From assembly GCA_964621075.1 (NCBI GenBank), contig CAZUKV010000001.1, positions 24,144-88,143 of the forward strand: a DNA stretch of 64,000 bases. Direction: 5' to 3'. The position numbers and the translations under genes are program-made. The notes beneath the pieces are model-generated. The model made no database searches and was not told the origin of the DNA. It saw only the letters and a program-made list of their open reading frames with translations. Positions within the stretch are counted from its first letter, which is position 1. Each line of letters starts with the position of its first letter. This document shows, one piece after another, positions 55,685 through 64,000 of the stretch. The DNA is from an uncultured bacterium (GTDB taxonomy: Bacteria > Macinerneyibacteriota > Macinerneyibacteria > Macinerneyibacteriales > Macinerneyibacteriaceae).

Positions 55685-57085
55685 ATGAATAATTATACTT
55701 TAATTTACAAAGATAATAAAAATAATTATACAATACCCCTTTTACTTTCCAAACATAATTATGATTTTAGTACTACATATTCAGAAGAATATCTAATTGA
55801 AAATGCAAAAAATAACAAATTGGTTATTATGGACCTATCAACTTTCAATCATAAAAAATTATCAATTCTGGAAGAAATAATTAACAATGATATTTCTATA
55901 ATTATAGTCGCTGATAAAATATCAAATGAGAACTTAAAAAAACTTATAAAATACAAAATAAAATACTATTTTGATCGACCATTTAATGAAAAAGAATTTA
56001 TTTCAACAATAAAAAAATCCTTTTCAGAAATAAAATTAAAAAATAAAAATGAACAACTGGTAAATAAATTAAAAGAAAAAATAAACAAGTTTCAACTATT
56101 AAATAAAACTTCTAAAATGATCAATTCAAAACTCGACATAAACATTATTCTGAAAAAATTAATGAAAAATATTGGCGATATTGTAGATGCTGAAGCCTGG
56201 ACATTGTTCAGTTATAATAAAGAAACAAATAAGTTAATATTTAAGTATGTTGTAGGTGAAAAATCAGAACAATTACTCGGAAAATCATTAAATGTAGACC
56301 AGGGAATTGTTGGATGGGCAGCTTCAAATCAAGAAAGTATACTTGTAAAAAATGTTAATAAAGATAGTAGATTTTATAAATATTTTGATAAAAAAACAAA
56401 TTTTAAAACCAAAAGTTTAATCTGTGTACCAATTATTTATAGAAATGAACTTCTTGGAGTAGTTGAAGTTGTAAACAAAAAACACGGACGATCATTTACT
56501 GAGGAAGATCTAAATATTATGGAAATTCTTGTAGATAATGCTGCCATCGCTATAAAAAACTCATATCTACTTGAACAAATTTATCAAATTACCCTTAAAG
56601 ACCATCTTACCGATTTATATAACTTTCGGAAACTAAATAATATAATTGACAAAAACTATAAGAATAAAAAACCCTTCGCTTTAATTTTCATGGATTTAGA
56701 TGACTTTAAAAAAGTTAATGATAACTTCGGTCATGATTATGGTAGCAAAGCTTTAATTGAATTTTCAGAAATATTGAAAACTATTATAGATAATAATGAT
56801 TATGCTTTTAGATATGGTGGGGATGAATTTATTGTCATTTTAGAAGATAGAGATCTAAATTTAGCCATCGATTTCGCCAAAACAATTTTAAAAAAAGTTA
56901 AAAACCATACATTTTTAAAAAAAGATAATCTTCAGGTTAAATTAACTTTAAGTGTAGGAATTTCACATTATCCGCTAATATCTAAAAAGAAAAAAGATAT
57001 CTTAACTCAAGCTGACCAGGCTATGTATAAAGTAAAAAAAAGAAAAAAAGATAATTATGCAATTTTTGGAAAACCAATCAATTAA
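55685..57085 (+). CDS. GGDEF diguanylate cyclase with N-terminal receiver-like and central GAF domains
   Basis: GGDEF domain (RYGGDEFIVIL, FMDLDDFKKVND). GAF-like segment around GIVGWAASNQESILV. Confidence 0.8.
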   Translation: MNNYTLIYKDNKNNYTIPLLLSKHNYDFSTTYSEEYLIENAKNNKLVIMDLSTFNHKKLSILEEIINNDISIIIVADKISNENLKKLIKYKIKYYFDRPFNEKEFISTIKKSFSEIKLKNKNEQLVNKLKEKINKFQLLNKTSKMINSKLDINIILKKLMKNIGDIVDAEAWTLFSYNKETNKLIFKYVVGEKSEQLLGKSLNVDQGIVGWAASNQESILVKNVNKDSRFYKYFDKKTNFKTKSLICVPIIYRNELLGVVEVVNKKHGRSFTEEDLNIMEILVDNAAIAIKNSYLLEQIYQITLKDHLTDLYNFRKLNNIIDKNYKNKKPFALIFMDLDDFKKVNDNFGHDYGSKALIEFSEILKTIIDNNDYAFRYGGDEFIVILEDRDLNLAIDFAKTILKKVKNHTFLKKDNLQVKLTLSVGISHYPLISKKKKDILTQADQAMYKVKKRKKDNYAIFGKPIN

Positions 57086-57133
57086 ACATTGACAAATGGT
57101 ATTGAAAATTTTAAAATCTTTTTTGTCAGTTGA

Positions 57134-57208
57134 ACGGGGTGTAGCGCAGTCCGGCAGCGCACATGCATGGGGTGCATGGTGTCGGAGGTTCAAATCCTCT
57201 CACCCCGA
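57134..57208 (+). tRNA. tRNA-Pro (anticodon GGG); coordinates +/-2 nt
   Basis: Cloverleaf: acceptor CGGGGTG/CACCCCG, D arm GCGC-AGTCCGGCA-GCGC, anticodon arm CATGC-AT GGG GT-GCATG, T arm GGAGG-TTCAAAT-CCTCT, discriminator A. G37 follows anticodon GGG. Confidence 0.8.
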
Positions 57209-57237
57209 TTTTTATAATGAATGCGGGGGTACAATTT

Positions 57238-57417
57238 ATGAAAAAAGAAAAATTGAAAAGAATTGATGAATTATGGCATAAACAAAAAACAGAAGGTCTA
57301 ACGGATGAAGAAAAAAAAGAACAACAAAAATTAAGAAAAGAATATTTGAAATCTATTAAAGGAAATTTAAAGGCTCAGCTGGAAAATATAAAAAATATAA
57401 GAGAATCAAAGAATTAA
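57238..57417 (+). CDS. UPF0291/DUF896 family small protein (YnzC-like), start trimmed to the Met after the tRNA
   Basis: MKKEKLKRIDELWHKQKTEGLTDEEKKEQQKLRKEYLKSIKGNLKAQLENI resembles the Bacillus YnzC family. The longer ORF (57163) overlaps the tRNA. Confidence 0.55.
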   Translation: MKKEKLKRIDELWHKQKTEGLTDEEKKEQQKLRKEYLKSIKGNLKAQLENIKNIRESKN

Positions 57418-57420
57418 GTT

Positions 57421-58179
57421 ATGAAAAAACTTAGGAAATCTTTCATAAAAAAAACACTGGAAGTATATTACAGTCAAACAATAACTTCTATGAAAACAAC
57501 CATATTGCAGGAAGAAGAAAATAAATTTATATATAAAATAAAAATAAAACTTGGCAATAATGATACTAAATATTTAAGATTAAAATATTACGATAAAAAA
57601 CATAAACCTTTTGAATGGAGTTATTATAAAAATAATAGTTTCACCAGTATTTTTTTACCCAAATTCATATTTGGTTCAAGACTAAAAAACAATAATTATC
57701 TTTATTTTTTAGAAGATTTTCCAAAAAGATATCATATAACCAAAATAGATAAAAAAAGATTAAATATCCTGAATAAAGGTTTTAACTTTTTTAGAAATTT
57801 AAAAGAAGAAGAAGAAAACTGCAGCAAATTTGATAATTTCAAATCTCATTTGAAAACTCAAAATCAAACCTCGCTAATTGGATTTTTGGATAATAATGAT
57901 ATTAAGAAATTCTCTGAATTAACTCCAATTTTTTTTAAAAATACTATTTTTTTAAAAAAGGATGCGATAATATTTTTGGATTTAAATTCATCAATCAAAC
58001 ACATTACTGGTTTCACCTACTGGTGGTTAAATGAAAATTATTCTTTCAATGAAATTAGTTTTGAAGATTACATCGCTTCAACATGTGAAGATTTGTTAAA
58101 TGTTAAAGAGATCAATAAAATAAAAAAACTAAGTCATAAAGAATATTTATACCAAAAAAAATATTATGAAAAAAAATAA
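57421..58179 (+). CDS. Hypothetical protein (possibly a kinase-like fold)
   Basis: IIFLDLNSSIKHITGF vaguely resembles the catalytic-loop region of phosphotransferases. Weak call. Confidence 0.3.
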   Translation: MKKLRKSFIKKTLEVYYSQTITSMKTTILQEEENKFIYKIKIKLGNNDTKYLRLKYYDKKHKPFEWSYYKNNSFTSIFLPKFIFGSRLKNNNYLYFLEDFPKRYHITKIDKKRLNILNKGFNFFRNLKEEEENCSKFDNFKSHLKTQNQTSLIGFLDNNDIKKFSELTPIFFKNTIFLKKDAIIFLDLNSSIKHITGFTYWWLNENYSFNEISFEDYIASTCEDLLNVKEINKIKKLSHKEYLYQKKYYEKK

Positions 58180-59323
58180 CTATTTAAATTATAATTTTAA
58201 AAACCCTCTTGTTTCTAAAGTTTTTACAGTGGCAAAAAAAGTGAATATAAAAGTTTATATTGTTGGAGGCGCAGTAAGAGATATTTTTCTTAATACGGAT
58301 TCTTTTAATGATATTGATTTTATTTACAGCGGTAAAATTGAAAAACTTCTAAAAGAACTTAATAAAAAAATCTCTTATAAAAAAGTAGAGTTTGAAAGAG
58401 ATAACCTGCAAATAAAAAGATTATGTTTTAATAATTTTATTCTTGATTTCCAAAATATTTTTAAAAACAATTTAAAAAAAGATCTCTCAAGAAGAGATTT
58501 TACCATTAACTCAATAGCTTTGGAAAAAATAGGAAAAGATAAATTTAAAATCATTGATTATTTCAATGGGCAGAAAGATCTCAAAGACAAAAAAATTCAA
58601 CCTGTTTCGAAAAAAAGTTTTAAAACAGACCCATTAAGAATCCTGAGACTATTTAGATTTGCTCAAAATTTAAATTTAAGGTACTCACAAAAAACACTTA
58701 AACAGGTTAAAGAACAACTCCCTGCATTATCAAAAATTTCAGAAGAAAGAATAAAAGAAGAATTAATAAAAATATTTTCTAATTTTGAAAATTCAATTTT
58801 TAAAGATATGTCAAAATTAAATATCTTTAAACACCTCTTTGGTGAAAAATCAAATATCTCATATTCACCTATTGATTTTGTTCAAAAAAATTATTTAAAT
58901 AACTTAATAAGAATTTTTGACATAAATAAAAAAGTTTTTCGCCTTCCAGATATTTTATCTAAATTAACCTTTTCAAAAAAAGATGTAAAAAAAGTGACAG
59001 TAATTCATAAGATGTTAGAGGATCAAAATAATGAGATCCCCCAGGATGATTTTATAAAAAAATATATGAATTTAAATGAAACTTTTCTTTATAATTCACA
59101 AAAATATTTTTCATTTTATTATAATAGTTCCATAATAGAAAAATGGCTGAATAAGATATTAAAAAATTACAGATTTATATTAGATGGTAATTGGGTTATG
59201 AAAAAATTTAATGTTACTGGAGAAAATCTTGGCAAACTAATCAATCAATTACATTTCTTGCAGATAAAATATAATATAAGAAAGAAAGAAAACCTTATGG
59301 AAAAATACTACCATTTAAACTAA
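58166..59323 (+). CDS. tRNA nucleotidyltransferase / poly(A) polymerase family protein (CCA-adding enzyme-like)
   Basis: Pol-beta-like head domain: VYIVGGAVRD, DIDF, RRDFTINSIAL. Confidence 0.75.
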   Translation: MKKNNYLNYNFKNPLVSKVFTVAKKVNIKVYIVGGAVRDIFLNTDSFNDIDFIYSGKIEKLLKELNKKISYKKVEFERDNLQIKRLCFNNFILDFQNIFKNNLKKDLSRRDFTINSIALEKIGKDKFKIIDYFNGQKDLKDKKIQPVSKKSFKTDPLRILRLFRFAQNLNLRYSQKTLKQVKEQLPALSKISEERIKEELIKIFSNFENSIFKDMSKLNIFKHLFGEKSNISYSPIDFVQKNYLNNLIRIFDINKKVFRLPDILSKLTFSKKDVKKVTVIHKMLEDQNNEIPQDDFIKKYMNLNETFLYNSQKYFSFYYNSSIIEKWLNKILKNYRFILDGNWVMKKFNVTGENLGKLINQLHFLQIKYNIRKKENLMEKYYHLN

Positions 59324-59383
59324 TTTATTGTCTTTGACAAATAATTAAATAATGATAAATTATAAATAAATAGAAAGGATATA

Positions 59384-60271
59384 ATGAATATTAAAAATTA
59401 TTTAAAATCAAAAAAAGATGAAATTGATAAATATTTAGAATCCATTATGCCTTCAGAAAATAAATACCCCTCTGAATTCCACAAAGCAATGAATTATACT
59501 CTTTTTGCAGGTGGAAAACGCATTAGACCTATTCTATGTATAGCAGCCTATTCTATTTTTAAAAAAGATTACAAAAAATGTTTCCCTTATGCTTCTGCAC
59601 TGGAAATCATCCATACATATTCACTTATCCATGATGACTTACCTGCAATGGACAATGATACAGTTAGAAGGGGAAAACCTTCTAACCATATTGTTTTTGG
59701 AGAAGCGAAAGCTATTCTTGCTGCAGATGCTCTTTTAACTTTCGCCTTTGAAACTATGTCAGGTGTTTCTAATATAAAACCTAAAATCGTTCAGAAAGCA
59801 ATTCACAATATCTCAAAAGCCAGCGGCTATTCCGGTATTGTTGGAGGACAATTTGTTGATATTGATAAAGAAGGACAGAATGAAGATATTGATATCCCAA
59901 CTCTTGAATATATACACACTCATAAAACGGGAGAATTGTTAAAAGCATCCGTAACAACAGGAGCAATTCTTGCAGATGCAACAGATGAAGAATATAAACA
60001 CATAAATAATTTCGGAAAATGGCTCGGATTAACCTTTCAAATAATAGATGATATTCTCGATGAAATCGGAGACGAAAATAAATTAGGTAAAAAAATTGGA
60101 CAGGACTCAATTAATAACAAATTTACATATCCTGCTATATATGGAATAAAAAAATCAAAAGAAATTGCAAAAAAATATACTCAAAAAAGTATTTCATTTT
60201 TAGAACAAATTGATAAGGATACTTCAATTTTAGAAAATATATCTAACTTTTTATTAAAAAGAACTTATTAA
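59384..60271 (+). CDS. ispA: Polyprenyl diphosphate synthase (farnesyl/geranylgeranyl diphosphate synthase)
   Basis: First Asp-rich motif LIHDDLPAMDNDTVRRGKP and second Asp-rich motif IIDDILD. Confidence 0.85.
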   Translation: MNIKNYLKSKKDEIDKYLESIMPSENKYPSEFHKAMNYTLFAGGKRIRPILCIAAYSIFKKDYKKCFPYASALEIIHTYSLIHDDLPAMDNDTVRRGKPSNHIVFGEAKAILAADALLTFAFETMSGVSNIKPKIVQKAIHNISKASGYSGIVGGQFVDIDKEGQNEDIDIPTLEYIHTHKTGELLKASVTTGAILADATDEEYKHINNFGKWLGLTFQIIDDILDEIGDENKLGKKIGQDSINNKFTYPAIYGIKKSKEIAKKYTQKSISFLEQIDKDTSILENISNFLLKRTY

Positions 60272-60936
60272 TGGCAAAAAACCGTATTTTAATAATTATT
60301 CCTATTTATAATTGTTACAGCTATTTTTTAAAAATGATACCCCTTTTAAAACAACTTCCATATGACAAATTAATTGTTGATGATGGATCTGAAAAAATCC
60401 CTAAAAAAATTTTTAAATTAACAAATTTTCAAATCATAAAACATACCCGAAATAAAGGTAAAGGAGAAGCTTTAAAAACCGGATTTAGATATGCAAATAA
60501 TAATAATTATTCTGGTGTTTTTACAATCGATGGAGACAATCAGCATGACCCAATGGATATAAGTAATTTTGTTCCACATTTAGATAAATTTGATCTCATT
60601 GTGGGAAAAAGGAATTTTAAATCAAAAAAAATGCCTTTAATCAGAAAAACGTCGAATTATCTTACTTCAAAAATATTATCAAAAATATTAAATTACAAAA
60701 TTGAAGATGCCCAATCAGGTTACAGATATATTAATATTAAAATTTTAAAAAACATTTCTCTTGAAACAAGTAATTATGATTTAGAAAATGAATTATTAAT
60801 AAAAGCAATAAAAAATAATTATAGGGTTGGTTTTATTCCTGTAAAAACAATATATAATAAAAGCAAGAGCAATATTAGAGGTTTTAAAGATACATTTAAA
60901 TTTTTAAAAACTGTGGTGAAATATGGTTTCAAATAA
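60271..60936 (+). CDS. GT2 family glycosyltransferase
   Basis: N-terminal LIIIPIYN...VDDGS and DGD motifs (GT-A fold). Confidence 0.65.
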   Translation: MAKNRILIIIPIYNCYSYFLKMIPLLKQLPYDKLIVDDGSEKIPKKIFKLTNFQIIKHTRNKGKGEALKTGFRYANNNNYSGVFTIDGDNQHDPMDISNFVPHLDKFDLIVGKRNFKSKKMPLIRKTSNYLTSKILSKILNYKIEDAQSGYRYINIKILKNISLETSNYDLENELLIKAIKNNYRVGFIPVKTIYNKSKSNIRGFKDTFKFLKTVVKYGFK

Positions 60937-61576
60937 TTATTCAATTTCCAGAGAAAAAATGGTTGAACAGCAATTAAAAGGAAGAGGAATAAGTAATGAA
61001 TTAATACTTGATGCGTTTAGAAAGATTCCCCGTGAAAAATTTGTTCCGGAATCTATGAAACATAATGCATATAAAGATACTCCTCTTCCAATTGGAAATG
61101 ATCAAACAATATCTCAACCATATATTATAGCTCGCATGATTCAATTATTAAACTTATCCGGAAATGAAAAAGTTCTGGAAATAGGAACAGGCTCGGGCTA
61201 CCAAACTGCAATATTATGTAAATGCGCTCATATTGTATATTCTATAGAAAGAATAAAAAAATTCACAAAAAAAGCACGGAAAATATTAGATAGAATTGGT
61301 TGCTATAAAGCACATTTAATAACAAAAGACGGTACTCTTGGATATCCTGAAAAAGCACCTTTTGATAGAATAATTATTTCTGCCTCCGGGCCGGAAATCC
61401 CTCAACCACTGATAGATCAACTTGCAATGGATGGAGTTATTGTAGGCCCTGTCGGAGGATCTTTTTTTCAAAATCTCATTGTTTTAAAAAAAACAGACAC
61501 CGGAATAAAAAAAGAAAAGAAGGATGGATGCAGATTTGTACCTTTAATAGGCCGAGAGGGTTGGAAAGAAAAATAA
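60923..61576 (+). CDS. pcm: Protein-L-isoaspartate O-methyltransferase
   Basis: Pcm motifs (TISQPYIIARM, LEIGTGSGYQTA, and LxxxGxxVxPVG near the C-terminus). Confidence 0.85.
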   Translation: MVSNNYSISREKMVEQQLKGRGISNELILDAFRKIPREKFVPESMKHNAYKDTPLPIGNDQTISQPYIIARMIQLLNLSGNEKVLEIGTGSGYQTAILCKCAHIVYSIERIKKFTKKARKILDRIGCYKAHLITKDGTLGYPEKAPFDRIIISASGPEIPQPLIDQLAMDGVIVGPVGGSFFQNLIVLKKTDTGIKKEKKDGCRFVPLIGREGWKEK

Positions 61577-61632
61577 ATTGACAAGTATTTATATATTTTA
61601 TATTCTTAAATATATAATTTAAGGAGGCTTCG

Positions 61633-62685
61633 ATGTTAGAAAATAAAAGAAAAACCTTTAAAGATTTTAACAATTTTCATAAATATTATACTTATTTAAG
61701 AAAAGATAAAAATTTAAAAGATTTTAACTACAATACCCTATTAAAACATACCCATCCTATAAACCAAAAAGCACGTAAACAATATCAAACTTATAAGATT
61801 AAGTTACTTGAAAAAATAAAAAATAGATTAAAAAAAGAATTTGATAATTCTTTAGTAGACAGACAAATCAAAAAGGAATATTTTTTTGATGAAGACCCTT
61901 TAGATTTTAAGATTGAAAAGAAACCCGCTTCAATATTTGATTTAAAAGACAAAGCTACTAATTTTTATACTCAAATTTTAAAACTTGCTAAAAATAAATT
62001 TAATATAAGAAATTTCGATAAATGCCCTGTTTGTAAGGGGAAAAATAGAATTTTTCTTAAAGAACAGTATAATAACAGGGAATCTCTTGTACTTTGTCCA
62101 CATCTCTATAATAAAATTATTCCTACAACAAATATAAAAAAACGTTTTAAAGATAAGGGTTATTCTGATTTTATGGTAGAAGAAGAAAATCAAACTGCTT
62201 ACAATGCTTTAAAAGAATATAAAGAAAATTTCGACATCGTTTTAAATAATGGGGAAAGTTTATTATTAATAGGAGATGTGGGGACTGGAAAAACTCATCT
62301 TGCTATAGCAACAATACTGGATTTGACATACAAACCAACTTTTTATTATTATAAACTTATAAGTAAAAAATATATTAGTCTGCCAATATTTTTAAATGAT
62401 TTAAAAACTTCAAAAGATGAAAGATTATTAAAATACTATTCTGAATCTACTTTTCTTGTTATTGATGATTTGGGAATTGAAAATTTAAACAACTGGGCAA
62501 GAGAAAAAGTCTTTACACTTGTAAATAAAAGGTATCAATCAAAATTACCAACTCTTTTTATTTCTGATCTATCTCCTGTAGAACTTGTAGAGAAACTTGA
62601 TAAAAGAATAATGTCAAGATTACATGAAATGGCAAGAGGTGTGGTTATTGGCGGAGAAGATAAAAGAAAACAATTAGAATTTTAA
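61633..62685 (+). CDS. DnaI/DnaC-like AAA+ helicase-loader protein with an N-terminal Cys/His zinc-binding segment
   Basis: Walker A GDVGTGKTHL and Walker B LVIDDLG. N-terminal CPVCKGK...LCPHLY. Confidence 0.65.
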   Translation: MLENKRKTFKDFNNFHKYYTYLRKDKNLKDFNYNTLLKHTHPINQKARKQYQTYKIKLLEKIKNRLKKEFDNSLVDRQIKKEYFFDEDPLDFKIEKKPASIFDLKDKATNFYTQILKLAKNKFNIRNFDKCPVCKGKNRIFLKEQYNNRESLVLCPHLYNKIIPTTNIKKRFKDKGYSDFMVEEENQTAYNALKEYKENFDIVLNNGESLLLIGDVGTGKTHLAIATILDLTYKPTFYYYKLISKKYISLPIFLNDLKTSKDERLLKYYSESTFLVIDDLGIENLNNWAREKVFTLVNKRYQSKLPTLFISDLSPVELVEKLDKRIMSRLHEMARGVVIGGEDKRKQLEF

Positions 62686-63857
62686 GATTGTTTTTTTTGA
62701 TAATATTTTACAATTTCCCAGAAAAAATTTATACCGGTTTCAATTATTGAATCAGGAAAATCATAGTAAGGATTATGAAGATTAGGCTGATTTGCTCCAG
62801 AACCTATTCCAATTAAAACCCCTTTATAATTATTTAAAAAAACACCAAAATCTTCTGACCAGCTAAAACTATTATTCAATTTTTGAAAATCAAAATCCTT
62901 TTTTTTACAAATATATCTCAGATCTCTAATAACCCCCCTATCATTATGAGTTGAAAGAAATTTTTCCTTGTACTCATATTTCACCTGAAACTTCTTGGTA
63001 TTTATAATTTCTGAAACTAATTTTTTAATTTTAGAAATTATCTCTTTTAAAATAAAATCTTTATCAGCTCTTATAGTTAAATATATTTCAGCATTTCCAG
63101 GAGTAATCCCAAAATTTTTATCTCCCATTTGTAAATGAACTAAAGTAATCATCGATGATTTATTATTTTGAATAATTTTTTTTCTCATTTTTTTATATTT
63201 AAATATAAAATCTGTTAATACTTTTTCTGGAGAATTTGCTTTTTCAGGTTCAGCTGCATGTGCTGTTTTACCTGAGAACTTAATAATCATCCCAACAGAA
63301 GCTTTTGCAAAAACTCCTTTTTTTAATAATATTTTTGATTTTTTATACCCGGGGATATTATGATATGCAAAAACATATTCGGGATCCAATTTACTGAAGG
63401 ATGAATCTTTAATAACATTTTTAGCTCCCATACCAATTTCCTCAGCCGGTTGAAATAAAAGAGTAATTTTAGAATAAAACTTTCTTTTGTCAGAGATAAA
63501 AGCACCAAAACCGGATAAAATAGCCATGTGTCCATCATGCCCGCACATATGTGAAATATTTTCTTTTGAAGATTGATATTCAAGATCATTATTTTCAGAA
63601 ATATTTACAGCATCGAGATCTGCCCTAAAGAGTAATTCAGGCCCAGTAGCTTTCCCTTTAAATATTACTATAACTCCGTATCCCCCAACATTATTAATAA
63701 TTTTATCAGGATTATATTTTTTCAAAAAATTTATAATTCGAAGGGCTGTATCTTTCTCATTATTTGATGTATCAGGATATCTGTGAAGAAGATGCCTGAA
63801 ATTTATAACTTGATCTAACAATTCTTCTTTCATCTGCATGTCCAAAAAGTTAGTCAT
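62682..63857 (-). CDS. M20D family amidohydrolase (aminoacylase / hippurate hydrolase-like)
   Basis: MCGHDGH metal-binding motif and M20 dimerisation-domain layout. Confidence 0.8.
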   Translation of the reverse strand: MTNFLDMQMKEELLDQVINFRHLLHRYPDTSNNEKDTALRIINFLKKYNPDKIINNVGGYGVIVIFKGKATGPELLFRADLDAVNISENNDLEYQSSKENISHMCGHDGHMAILSGFGAFISDKRKFYSKITLLFQPAEEIGMGAKNVIKDSSFSKLDPEYVFAYHNIPGYKKSKILLKKGVFAKASVGMIIKFSGKTAHAAEPEKANSPEKVLTDFIFKYKKMRKKIIQNNKSSMITLVHLQMGDKNFGITPGNAEIYLTIRADKDFILKEIISKIKKLVSEIINTKKFQVKYEYKEKFLSTHNDRGVIRDLRYICKKKDFDFQKLNNSFSWSEDFGVFLNNYKGVLIGIGSGANQPNLHNPYYDFPDSIIETGINFFWEIVKYYQKKQS

Positions 63858-64000
63858 ATTTATAAAAAATTAATTTATTATTAAAATCCGGTACCACTAA
63901 AAGCTTTTGGCTATTTATTATACCAAAATCTGCCGATTTATGTGGTAACTTTTTTTTAACTATCTTATCTCCGCTTTTTTTAAATAATTTTCCTCCCCAG

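Noticed and set aside
57163-57237. 5' part of the 84-aa ORF (MHGVHGVGGSNPLTPIFIMNAGVQF...)
   Set aside because: It overlaps tRNA-Pro (57134-57208). The conserved UPF0291-like protein begins at the internal Met at about 57238, so the upstream extension is an ORF-caller artefact.
61633-62685. IstB-like ATPase as the helper gene of an IS21-family mobile element
   Set aside because: There is no adjacent IstA transposase gene and no terminal inverted repeats. The N-terminal Cys/His zinc-binding segment fits a DnaI/DnaC-type helicase loader instead.
1-64000. CRISPR arrays, rRNA genes, transposases, integrases or phage genes
   Set aside because: No regularly spaced direct repeats were seen, and no rRNA-like or recombinase-like sequences. 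The only perfect repeat is the 61-bp promoter-associated pair, which has a 2.7-kb spacing and sits upstream of genes.

Overview
This is an AT-rich bacterial chromosomal window. It is densely packed and mostly minus-strand coding, and looks like a mix of core housekeeping genes and anaerobic fermentation genes. No rRNA, CRISPR array, transposase or integrase is visible. There is one tRNA, tRNA-Pro(GGG).

Recognisable housekeeping blocks:
- TraB/GumN, rnhB, rplS, trmD (with a C-terminal extension), rimM, a KH protein, rpsP, ffh and ylxM.
- dnaB, rplI (with a long K/E-rich tail), rpsR, ssb and rpsF, with rpsT divergent.
- HU, a GGDEF cyclase, tRNA-Pro, a CCA/polyA-polymerase-family enzyme, ispA, a GT2 glycosyltransferase, pcm, a DnaI/DnaC-like loader and an M20D amidohydrolase.

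Energy metabolism:
- Two four-subunit 2-oxoacid:ferredoxin oxidoreductase clusters, both in OorDABC-like delta-alpha-beta-gamma order. One sits in an apparent 8-gene operon with NfnAB-like subunits, a Na+/solute symporter and a family-III CoA transferase. The other sits next to sucCD and a class-I fumarate hydratase.
- A PPi-type phosphofructokinase and an inositol monophosphatase.

Accessory or unusual content:
1. A MglA Ras-like GTPase module (mglB, mglA, a second mglB paralogue and a PATAN/DUF4388 protein) behind a near-consensus sigma70 promoter. It lies next to a regulatory-domain-less sigma54 activator and three tandem M42 (TET-like) aminopeptidases.
2. Two single-domain cNMP-binding proteins followed by a GAF-PP2C phosphatase.
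3. An 8-gene operon centred on a glucosyl/mannosyl-3-phosphoglycerate synthase (GpgS-like, GT81), plus GT4-type glycosyltransferases, a HAD phosphatase, DUF89, a C39-like peptidase, an alkaline-phosphatase-superfamily enzyme and a degenerate M20-like protein.
4. A perfect 61-bp repeat carrying a 7-3-7 palindrome plus a TTGAAA -35 box. It sits upstream of both that operon and a small Cys-rich secreted protein that follows three lipoproteins.
5. A 31-aa poly-Lys/Arg peptide that appears co-transcribed with HU.

Functional calls rest on recognisable motifs and recalled family similarity, not on database searches.
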